Origin: Eledone cirrhosa | Lineage: Eukaryota | Assembly: GCA_964016885.1 (NCBI GenBank) | Contig: OZ024740.1 | Coordinates: 279,372,001-279,436,000 of the forward strand | Reading direction: 5' to 3' | Length of the DNA: 64,000 bases | Part shown: piece after piece, positions 27,301 to 38,800 of the stretch | Layout of the letters: each line of letters begins with the position of its first letter | Numbering within the stretch: position 1 is the stretch's first letter | The notes under the pieces: generated by a model | What the model was told of the DNA's origin: nothing | Database searches by the model: none | What the model saw: only the letters and a program-made list of their open reading frames with translations | Made by a program: the position numbers and the translations under genes

Positions 27301-30300
27301 CTAAATCTCACCTAAAATTAGCTAAATATAAGCTAAATCTCACCTAAATCTAAGCTAAATCTAAGCTAAATCTAAGCTAAATCTCATCTAAATCTAAGAT
27401 AAATCTCACCTAAATCTAAGCTAAATCTCATCTAAATCTAAGCTAAATCTCACCTAAATATAATCTAAATACGAACTAAATACACCTAAATCTAGGCTCC
27501 ATCTAAGCTAAATCTCACCTAAATCTAAGCTAAATATAAGCTAAATCTCACCTAAATCTAAGCTAAATCTCACCTAAATCTAAGCTAAATATAAGCTAAA
27601 TCTCACCTAAATCTAAGCTAAATATGAGCTAAATCTCACCTAAATCTAAGTTAAATCTAAGCTAAATCTAACTTAAATATAAGCTAAATCTAACCTCAAT
27701 CTAACCTAAATCTAAGCTAAATCTAAGATAAATCTCACCTAAATATAAGCTAAATCTATGCTAAATCTCACCTAAATCTAAGCTAAATATAAGCTAAATC
27801 TCACCTAAATCTAATCTAAATCTCACCTAAATCTAAGCTAATTCTAAGCAAAATCTCACCTAAATATAAGCTAAATATAAGCTAAATCTCACATAAATCT
27901 AAGCTAAATCTAAGCTTAATCTAGCTAAATATAAGCTAAATCTAACTTAAATCTAACCTAAATCTAAGCTAAATCTAAGCTAAATCTCACCTAAATATGA
28001 GTTAAATCTATGCTAAATCTCACCTAAATCTAAGCTAAATATAAGCTAAATCTCACCTAAATCTAAGCTAAATATAAGCTAAATCTCAACTAAATATTAG
28101 CTAAGTCTATGCTAAATCTCACCTAAATCTAAGCTAAATATGAGCTAAATCTCACCTAAATCTAAGCTAAATCTAATCTAAATCTCACCTATATCTAAGC
28201 TAAATATAAGCTAAATCTCACCTAATCTAAGCTAAATCTAAGCTAAATCTCACCTAAATATAAGCTAAATCTATGCTAAATCTCACCTAAATCTAAGCTA
28301 AATATAAGCTAAATCTCACCTAAATATAAGCTAAATCTCACCTAAATCTAAGCTAATTCTAAGCAAAATCTCACCTAAATATAAGCTAAATATAAGCTAA
28401 ATCTCACATAAATCTAAGATAAATCTAAGCTAAATCTAAACTACATATAAGCTAAATTTAACCTAAATCGAACCTAAATCTAAGCTAAATCTAAGCTAAA
28501 TCTCACCTAAATATGGGCTAAATCTATGCTAAATCTCACCTAAATCTAAGCTAAATCTAAGCTAAATCTCACCTAAATATGAGCTAAATCTATGCTAAAT
28601 CTCACCTAAATCTAAGCTATATATAAGCTAAATCTCAACTAAATATAAGATAAATATAAGCTAAGTCTCACCTAAATCTAAGCTAAATATAAGCTAAATC
28701 TCACCTAAATCTAAGCTAAATATGAGCTAAATCTCACCTAAATCTTAGCTAAATCTAAACTAAATCTCACCTAAATTTAAGTTAAATATAAGCTAAATCT
28801 CACCTAAATCTAAGATAAATATAAGCTAAATCTCACCTAAATATAAGCTAAATCTATGCTAAATCTCACCTAAATCTAAGCTAAATATAAGTCAAATCTC
28901 ACCTAAATCTTGGCTAAATCTCACCTAAATCTAAGCTAATTCTAAGCAAAATCTCACCTAAATCTAAGCTAAATATGAGCTAAATCTCACATAAATCTAA
29001 GCTAAATCTAAGCTAAATCTAAGCTAAATCTAAGCTAAATCTCACATAAATCTAAGCTAAATCTAAGTTAAATCTAACCTAAATATAAGCTAAATCTAAC
29101 CTAAACCTAACCTAAGTCTATGCTAAATATGAGCTAAATCTAAACTAAATATGAGCTAAATCTAAGCTAAATCTTACGTAAATAAAAGCTAAATCTATGG
29201 TAAATCTCACCTAAATCTAAGCTAAATATGAGCTAAATCTCACCTAAATATGAACTAAATCTATGCTAAATCTCACCTAAATCTAAGCTAAATATAAGCT
29301 AAATCTCACCTAAATCTAAGCTAAAACTCATCTAAAGCTCAGCTAAATCTAAGCTAAAACTCATCTAAAGCTAAGCTAATTCTAAGCTAAATCTCACCTA
29401 AATCTAAGCTAAATATAAGCTAAATCTCACATAAATCTCAGCTAAATCTAAGCTAAATGTAAGCTAAATCTCACATAAATCTAAGCTAAATCTAAGCTAA
29501 ATGTCACGGAAATATGAGCTAAATCTATGCTAAATCTCACCTAAATCTAAGCTAAATCTAAGCTAAATCTCACCTAAATATGAGCTAAATCTATGCTAAA
29601 TCTCACCTAAATCTAAGCTAAATATAAGCTAAATCTCACCTAAATCCAAGCTAAATCTCACCTAAATCTAAGCTAATTCTAAGCTAAATCTCACCTAAAT
29701 CTAAGCAAAATATAAGTTAAATCTCACGTAAATCTAAGCTAAATCTAAGCTAAATCTAAGCTAAATCTCACATAAATCTAAGCTAAATCTAAGTTAAATC
29801 TAACCTAAATATAAGCTAAATCTAACCTAAATCTAACCTAAATATAGGCTAAATATAAGCTAAATCTCACCTAAAGCTAAGCTAATTCTAAGCTAAATCT
29901 CACCTAAATCTAAGCTAAATATAAGCTAAATCTCACCTAAATCTAAGCTAAATCTAAGCTAAATCTAACCTAAATATAAGCTAAATCTAAGATAAATCTC
30001 ACCTAAATCTATGCTAAATCTCATCTAAATCTAAGCTAAATCTCACCTAAGTATAATCTAAATACGAACTAAATTACACCTAAATCTAGGCTCCATCTAA
30101 GCTAAATCTCACCTAAATCTAAGCTAAATCTCACCTAAATCTAAGCTAAATATGAGCTAAATCTCACCTAAATCTAAGTTAAATCTAAGCTAAATCTAAC
30201 TTAAATATAAGCTAAATCTAACCTCAATCTAACCTAAATCTAAGCTAAATCTAAGATAAATCTCACCTAAATATAAGCTAAATCTATGCTAAATCTCACC

Positions 30301-33300
30301 TAAATCTAAGCTAAATATAAGCTAAATCTCACCTAAATCTAATCTAAATCTCACCTAAATCTAAGCTAATTCTAAGCAAAATCTCAACTAAATATAAGCT
30401 AAATATAAGCTAAATCTCACATAAATCTAAGCTAAATCTAAGCTTAATCTAAGCTAAATATAAGCTAAATCTAACCTAAATCTAACCTAAATATAAGCTA
30501 AATCTAAGCTAAATCTCACCTAAATATGAGCTAAATCTATGCTAAATCTCACTTAAATCTAAGCTAAATATAAGCTAAATCTCACCTAAATCTAAGCTAA
30601 ATATAAGCTAAATCTCACCTAAATCTAAGCTAAATATAAGCTAAATCTCAACTAAATATAAGCTAAGCCTATGCTAAATCTCACCTAAATCTAAGCTAAA
30701 TATGAGCTAAATCTCACCTAAATCTAAGCTAAATCTAATCTAAATCTCACCTATATCTAAGCTAAATATAAACTAAATCTCACCTAAATCTAAGCTAAAT
30801 CTAAGCTAAATCTCACCTAAATATAAGCTAAATCTATGCTAAATCTCACCTAAATCTAAGCTAAATATAAGCTAAATCTCACCTAAATCTAAGCTAAATC
30901 TCACATAAATCTAAGCTAAATCTAAGCTAAATGTAAGCTAAATCTCACATAAATCTAAGCTAAATCTAAGCTAAATCTAAGCTAAATATAAGCTAAATCT
31001 AACCTAAATCTAACCTAAATCTAAGCTAAATCTAAGCTAAATCTCACCTAAATATGAGCTAAATCTATGCTAAATCTCACCTAAATCTAAGCTAGATCTA
31101 AGCAAAATCTCACCTAAATATGAGCTAAATCTATGCTAAATCTCACCTAAATCTAACTAAATATCAGCTAAATCTCACCTAAATCTAAGCTAAATCTAAT
31201 CTAAATATCACCTAAATCTAAGCTAAATATAAGCTAAATCTCACCTAAATCTAAGCTAAATATAAGCTAAATCCCACCTAAATATAAGCTAAATCTATGC
31301 TAAATCTCACCTAAATCTTAGCTAAATATAAGCTAAATCTCACCTAAATCTAAGCTAAATCTCACCTAAATCTAAGCTAGTTCTAAGCTAAATCTCACCA
31401 AATCTAAGCTAAATATAAGCTAAATCTCACGTAAATCTAAGCTAAATCTAAGCTAAATCTAAGCTAAATCTCACATAAATCTAAGCTAAATCTAAGTTAA
31501 ATCTAACCTAAATATAATCTAAATACGAACTAAATTACACCTAAATCTAGGCTACATTTAAGCTAAATCTCACCTAAATCTAAGCTAAATATAAGCTAAA
31601 TCTCACCTAAATCTAACCTAAATCTAACCTAAATCTAAGCTAAATCTAAGCTAAATCTCACCTAAATATGAGCTAAATCTAAGCTAAATCTCACCTAAAT
31701 ATAATCTAAATACGAAATAAATTACACCTAAATCTAGGCTACATCTAAGCTAAATCTCACCTAAATCTAAGCTAAATATAAGCTAAATCTCACCTAAATC
31801 TAAGCTAAATCTCACCTAAATCTAAGCTAAATATAAGCTAAATCTCACCTAAATCTAAGCTAAATATGAGCTAAATCTCACCTAAATCTAAGCTAAATCT
31901 AAGCTAAATCTAACCTAAATATAAGCTAAATCTAACCTAAATCTAACCTAAATCTAAGCTAAATCTAAGCTAAATCTCACATAAATATAAGCTAAATCTA
32001 TGCTAAATCTCACCTAAATATAACCTGAATCTCACCTAAATCTAAGCTAATTCTAAGCAAAATCTCACCTAAATATAAGCTAAATATAAGCTAAATCTCA
32101 CATAAATCTAAGCTAAATCTAAGCTAAATCTAAGCTAAATATAAGCTAAATCTAACCTAAATCTAACCTAAATCTAAGCTAAATCTAAGCTAAATCTCAC
32201 CTAAATATGAGCTAAATCTATGCTAAATCTCACCTAAATCTAAGCTAAATCTAAGCTAAATCTCACCTAAATATGAGCTAAATCTATGCTAAATCTCACC
32301 TAAATCTAAGCTAAATCTAAGCTAAATCTCACCTAAATATGAGCTAAATCTATGCTAAATCTCACCTAAATCTAAGCTAAATATAAGCTAAATCTCAACT
32401 AAATATAAGCTAAGTCTATACTAAATCTCACCTAAATCTAAGCTAAATATGAGATAAATCTCACCTAAATCTAAGCTAAATATAAGCTAAATCTCACCTA
32501 AATCTAAGCTAAATCTAAGCTAAATCTCACCTCAATATAAGCTAAATCTATGGTAAATCTGACCTAAATCTAAGCTAAATATGAGCTAAATCTCACCTAA
32601 ATATGAACTAAATCTATGCTAAATCTCACCTAAATCTAAGCTAAATATAAGCTAAATTTCACCTAAATCTAAGCTAAATCTCATCTAAATCTAAGCTAAA
32701 TCAAAGCTAAATCTCACCTAAATCTAACCTAAATCTCATCTAAATCTAAGCTAAATCTCACCTAAATATAATCTAAATAAGAACTAAATTACACCTAAAT
32801 CTAGGCTACATGTAAGCTAAATCTCACCTAAATCTAAGCTAAATCTAAACTAAATCGCACCTAAATTTAAGCTAAATATAAGCTAAATCTCACCTAAATA
32901 TAAGCTAAATCTATGCTAAATTTCACCTAAATCTAAGCTAAATATAAGTCAAATCTCACCTAAATCTAGGCTAAATCTCACCTAAATCTAAGCTAATTCT
33001 AAGCAAAATCTCACCTAAATCTAAGCTAAATATGAGCTAAATCTCACATAAATCTAAGCTAAATCTAAGCTAAATCTAAGCTAAATCTAAGCTAAATCTC
33101 ACATAAATCTAAGCTAAATCTAAGTTAAATCTAACCTAAATATAAGCTAAATCTAACCTAAATCTAACCTAAATCTAGGCTAAATATAAGCTAAATCTCA
33201 CCTAAGTCTATGCTAAATATGAGCTAAATCTAAACTAAATATAAGCTAAATCTAAGCTAAATCTCACCTAAATATAAGCTAAATCTATGGTAAATCTCAC

Positions 33301-35602
33301 CTAAATCTAAGCTAAATATGAGCTAAATCTCACCTAAATATGAACTAAATCTATGCTAAATCTCACCTAAATCTAAGCTAAATATAAGCTAAATCTCACC
33401 TAAATCTAAGCTAAAACTCATCTAAAGCTAAGCTAATTCTAAGCTAAATCTCACCTAAATCTAAGCTAATTCTAAGCTAAATCTCACCTAAATCTAAGCT
33501 AAATATAAGCTAAATCTCACGTAAATCTAAGCTAAATCTAAGCTACATCTCACATAAATCTAAGCTAAATCTAAGTTAAATCTAACCTAAATATAAGCTA
33601 AATCTAACCTAAATCTAACCTAAATCTAGGCTAAATATAAGCTAAATCTCACCTAAATCTATGCTAAATATGAGCTAAATCTAAACTAAATGTGAGTTAA
33701 ATCTAAGCTAAATCTCACCTAAATATAAGCTTAAATCTATGGTAAATCTCACCTAAATCTAAGCTAATATGAGCTAAACCTCACCTAAATATGAACTAAA
33801 TCTATGCTAAATCTCACCTAAATCTAAGCTAAATATAAGCTAAATCTCACCTAAATCTAAGCTAAAACTCATCTAAATCTAAGCTAATTCTAAGCTAAAT
33901 CTCACCTAAATCAAGGCTAAATATAAGCTAAATCTCACCTAAATCTAAGCTAAATATGAGCTAAATCTCACCTAAATATGAACTAAATCTATGCTAAATC
34001 TCACCTAAATCTAAGCTAAATATAAGCTAAATCTCACCTAAATCTAAGCTAAATCTCATCTAAAGCTAAGCTAATTCTAAGCTAAATCTCACATAAATCT
34101 AAACTAAATATTAGCTAAATCTAAGCTAAATCTAACCTAAATATAAGCTAAATCTAACCTAAATCTAACCTAAATCTAAGCTAAATCTAAGCTAAATCTC
34201 ACCTAAATCTAACCTAAATCTCATCTAAATCTAAGCTAAATCTCACCTAAATATAATCTAAATACGAACTAAATTACACCTAAATCTAGGCTACATCTAA
34301 GCTAAATCTCACCTAAATCTAAGCTAAATATAAGCTAAATCTCACCTAAATCTAAGCTAAATCTCACCTAAATCTATGCTAAATCTAAGCTAAATCTAAC
34401 CTAAATATAAGCTAAATCTAACCTAAATCTACCTAAATCTAAGCTAAATCTAAGCTAAATCTCACCTAAATATAAGCTAAATCTATGCTAAATCTCACCT
34501 AAATCTAAGCTAAATATAAGCTAAATCTCACCTAAATATAAGCTAAATCTCACCTAAATCTAAGCTAATTCTAAGCAAAATCTCACCTAAATATAAGCTA
34601 AATATAAGCTAAATCTCACATAAATCTAAGCTAAATCTAAGCTTAATCTAGCTAAATATGAGCTAAATCTCACCTAAATATGAACTAAATCTATGCTAAA
34701 TCTCACCTAAATCTAAGCTAAATATAAGCTAAATTTCACCTAAATCTAAGCTAAATCTCATCTAAATCTAAGCTAAATCAAAGCTAAATCTCACCTAAAT
34801 CTAACCTAAATCTCATCTAAATCTAAGCTAAATCTCACCTAAATATAATCTAAATAAGAACTAAATTACACCTAAATCTAGGCTACATCTAAGCTAAATC
34901 TCACCTAAATCTAAGCTAAATCTAAACTAAATCGCACCTAAATTTAAGCTAAATATAAGCTAAATCTCACCTAATATAAGCTAAATCTATGCTAAATTTC
35001 ACCTAAATCTAAGCTAAATATAAGTCAAATCTCACCTAAATCTAGGCTAAATCTCACCTAAATCTAAGCTAATTCTAAGCAAAATCTCACCTAAATCTAA
35101 GCTAAATATGAGCTAAATCTCACATAAATCTAAGCTAAATCTAAGCTAAATCTAAGCTAAATCTAAGCTAAATCTCACATAAATCTAAGCTAAATCTAAG
35201 TTAAATCTAACCTAAATATAAGCTAAATCTAACCTAAATCTAACCTAAATCTAGGCTAAATATAAGCTAAATCTCACCTAAGTCTATGCTAAATATGAGC
35301 TAAATCTAAACTAAATATAAGCTAAATCTAAGCTAAATCTCACCTAAATATAAGCTAAATCTATGGTAAATCTCACCTAAATCTAAGCTAAATATGAGCT
35401 AAATCTCACCTAAATATGAACTAAATCTATGCTAAATCTCACCTAAATCTAAGCTAAATATAAGCTAAAACTCATCTAAAGCTAAGCTAATTCTAAGCTA
35501 AATCTCACCTAAATCTAAGCTAATTCTAAGCTAAATCTCACCTAAATCTAAGCTAAATATAAGCTAAATCTCACGTAAATCTAAGCTAAATCTAAGCTAC
35601 AT
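21301..35602. repeat. Satellite array B: AT-rich 11-bp monomer, consensus CTAAATCTAAG with major variants CTAAATCTCAC and CTAAATATAAG, roughly 1,300 copies, truncated by the gap
   Basis: Direct reading, for example ctaagctaaat|ctaagctaaat|ctcacctaaat. Other pentamers include ATGAG, CTATG, CTAAC, CTCAT and CTAGG. TAA on + and TAG on - occur in nearly every unit, which explains why the ORF track is empty here. Confidence 0.99.
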
Positions 35603-35802
35603 NNNNNNNNNNNNNNNNNNNNNNNNNNNNNNNNNNNNNNNNNNNNNNNNNNNNNNNNNNNNNNNNNNNNNNNNNNNNNNNNNNNNNNNNNNNNNNNNNN
35701 NNNNNNNNNNNNNNNNNNNNNNNNNNNNNNNNNNNNNNNNNNNNNNNNNNNNNNNNNNNNNNNNNNNNNNNNNNNNNNNNNNNNNNNNNNNNNNNNNNNN
35801 NN
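35603..35802. other. Assembly/scaffolding gap (exactly 200 N)
   Basis: A run of 200 N. A round fixed length is typical of a placeholder gap of unknown true size inserted during scaffolding or curation. Confidence 0.98.
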
Positions 35803-38800
35803 AGAACCTCGACTTGGAGTGAAAACCTCGACTTGGAGTGAAAACCTCGACTTGGAGTGAAAACCTCGACTTGGAGTGAAAACCTCGACTTGGAGTGAGA
35901 ACCTCGACTTGGAGTGAAAACCTCGACTTGGAGTGAGAACCTCGACTTGGAGTGAAAACCTCGACTTGGAGTGAGAACCTCGACTTGGAGTGAAAACCTC
36001 GACTTGGAGTGAGAACCTCGACTTGGAGTGAAAACCTCGACTTGGAGTGAGAACCTCGACTTGGAGTGAAAACCTCGACTTGGAGTGAGAACCTCGATTT
36101 GGAGTGAAAACCTCGACTTGGAGTGAGAACCTCGACTTGGAGTGAGAACCTAGACTTGGAGTGAAAACCTCGACTTGGAGTGAGAACCTCGACTTGGAGT
36201 GAAAACCTCGACTTGGAGTGAAAACCTCGACTTGGAGTGAAAACCTCGACTTGGAGTGAGAACCTCGACTTGGAGTGAAAACCTCGACTTGGAGTGAAAA
36301 CCTCGACTTGGAGTGAAAACCTCGACTTGGGGTGAGAACCTCGACTTGGAGTCTAAACTGCGACTCTGAGTGTAAACTGCGACTCTGAGTGAAAACCTCG
36401 ACTTGGAGTGAAAACCTCAACTTGGATGGAGAACCTCGACTTGGAGTGAGAACCTCGACTTGGAGTGAAAACCTCGACTTGGAGTGAGAACCTCGACTTG
36501 GAGTGAAAACCTCGACTTGGAGTGAGAACCTCGACTTGGAGTGAAAACCTCGACTTGGAGTGAGAACCTCGACTTGGAGTGAAAACCTCGACTTGGAGTG
36601 AAAACCTCGACTTGGAGTGAGAACCTCGACTTGGAGTGAGAACCTCGACTTGGAGTGAGAACCTCGACTTGGAGTGAGAACCTCGACTTGGAGTGAGAAC
36701 CTCGACTTGGAGTGAAAACCTCGACTTGGAGTGAGAACCTCGACTTGGAATGAGAACCTCGACTTGGAGTGAAAACCTCGACTTGGAGTGAGAACCTCGA
36801 CTTGGAGTGAAAACCTCGACTTGGAGTGAGAACCTCGACTTGGAGTGAAAACCTCGACTTGGAGTGTAAACTGCGACTCTGAGTGAAAACCTCGACTTGG
36901 AGTGAAAACCTCGACTTGGAGGGAGAACCTCGACTTGGAGTGAGAACCTCGACTTGGAGTGAAAACCTCGACTTGGAGTGAGAACCTCGACTTGGAGTGA
37001 AAACCTCGACTTGGAGTGAGAACCTCGACTTGGAGTGAAAACCTCGACTTGGAGTGAGAACCTCGACTTGGAGTGAGAACCTCGACTTGGAGTGAGAACC
37101 TCGACTTGGAGTTAAAACCTCGACTTGGAGTGAGAACCTCGACTTGGAGTGAGAACCTCGACTTGGAGTGAAAAACTCGACTTGGAGTGAAAACCTCGAC
37201 TTGGAGTGAAAACCTCGACTTGGAGTGAGAACCTCGACTTGGAGTGAAAACCTCGACTTGGAGTGAGAACCTCGACTTGGAGTGAAAACCTCGACTTGGA
37301 GTGAGAACCTCGACTTGGAGTGAAAACCTCGACTTGGAGTGAGAACCTCGACTTGTAGTGAAAACCTCGACTTGGAGTGTAAACTGCGACTCTGAGTGAA
37401 AACCTCGACTTGGAGTGAGAACCTCGACTTGGAGTGAAAACCTCGACTTGGAGTGAAAACCTCGACTTGGAGTGAGAACCTCGACTTGGAGTGAAAACCT
37501 CGACTTGGAGTGAAAACCTCGACTTGGAGTGAAAACCTCGACTTGGAGTGAAAACCTCGACTTGGAGTGAAAACCTCGTCTTGGAGTGAGAACTTCGACT
37601 TGGAGTGAAAACCTCGACTTGGAGTGAAAACCTCGACTTGGAGTGAAAACCTCGACTTGGAGTGAAAACCTCGACTTGGAGTGAAAACCTCGACTTGGAG
37701 TGAGAACCTCGACTTGGAGTGAAAACCTCGACTTGGAGTGAGAACCTCGACTTGGAGTGAGAACCTCGACTTGGAGTGAAAACCTCGACTTGGAGTGAGA
37801 ACCTCGACTTGGAGTGAAAACCTCGACTTGGAGTGAGAACCTCGACTTGGAGTGAAAACCTCGACTTGGAGTGAAAACCTCGACTTGGAGTGAGAACCTC
37901 GACTTGGAGTGAAAACCTCGACTTGGAGTGAGAACCTCGACTTGGAGTGAGAACCTCGACTTGGAGTGAAAACCTCGACTTGGAGTGAGAACCTCGACTT
38001 GGAGTGAGAACCTCGACTTGGAGTGAGAACCTCGACTTGGAGTGAAAACCTCGAGTTGGAGTGAAAACCTCGACTTGGAGTGAGAACCTCGACTTGGAGT
38101 GAAAACCTCGACTTGGAGTGAAAACCTCGACTTGGAGTGAGAACCTCGACTTGGAGTCTAAACTGCGACTCTGAGTGTAAACTGCGACTCTGAGTGAAAA
38201 CCTCGACTTGGAGTGAAAACCTCAACTTGGATGGAGAACCTCGACTTGGAGTGAGAACCTCGACTTGGAGTGAAAACCTCGACTTGGTGTGAGAACCTCG
38301 ACTTGGAGTGAAAACCTCGACTTGGAGTGAGAACCTCGACTTGGAGTGAAAACCTCGACTTGGAGTGATAACCTCGACTTGGAGTGAAAACCTCGACTTG
38401 GAGTGAAAACCTCGACTTGGAGTGAGAACCTCGACTTGGAGTGAGAACCTCGACTTGGAGTGAGAACCTCGACTTAGAGTGAAAACCTCGACTTCGAGTG
38501 AGAACCTCGACTTGGAATGAGAACCTCGACTTGGAGTGAAAACCTCGACTTGGAGTGAGAACCTCGACTTGGAGTGAAAACCTCGACTTGGAGTGAGAAC
38601 CTCGACTTGGAGTGAAAACCTCGACTTGGAGTGTAAACTGCGACTCTGAGTGAAAACCTCGACTTGGAGTGAGAACCTCGACTTGGAGTGAAAATCTCGA
38701 CTTGGAGGGAGAACCTCGACTTGGTGTGAGAACCTCGACTTGGATTGAAAACCTCGACGTGGAGTGAGAACCTCGACTTGGAGTGAAAACCTCGACTTGG

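Noticed and set aside
21301-35602. Functional telomere tract
   Set aside because: There is no run of a canonical telomeric unit, the monomers are heterogeneous with kb-scale block duplications, and the array is internal as assembled.
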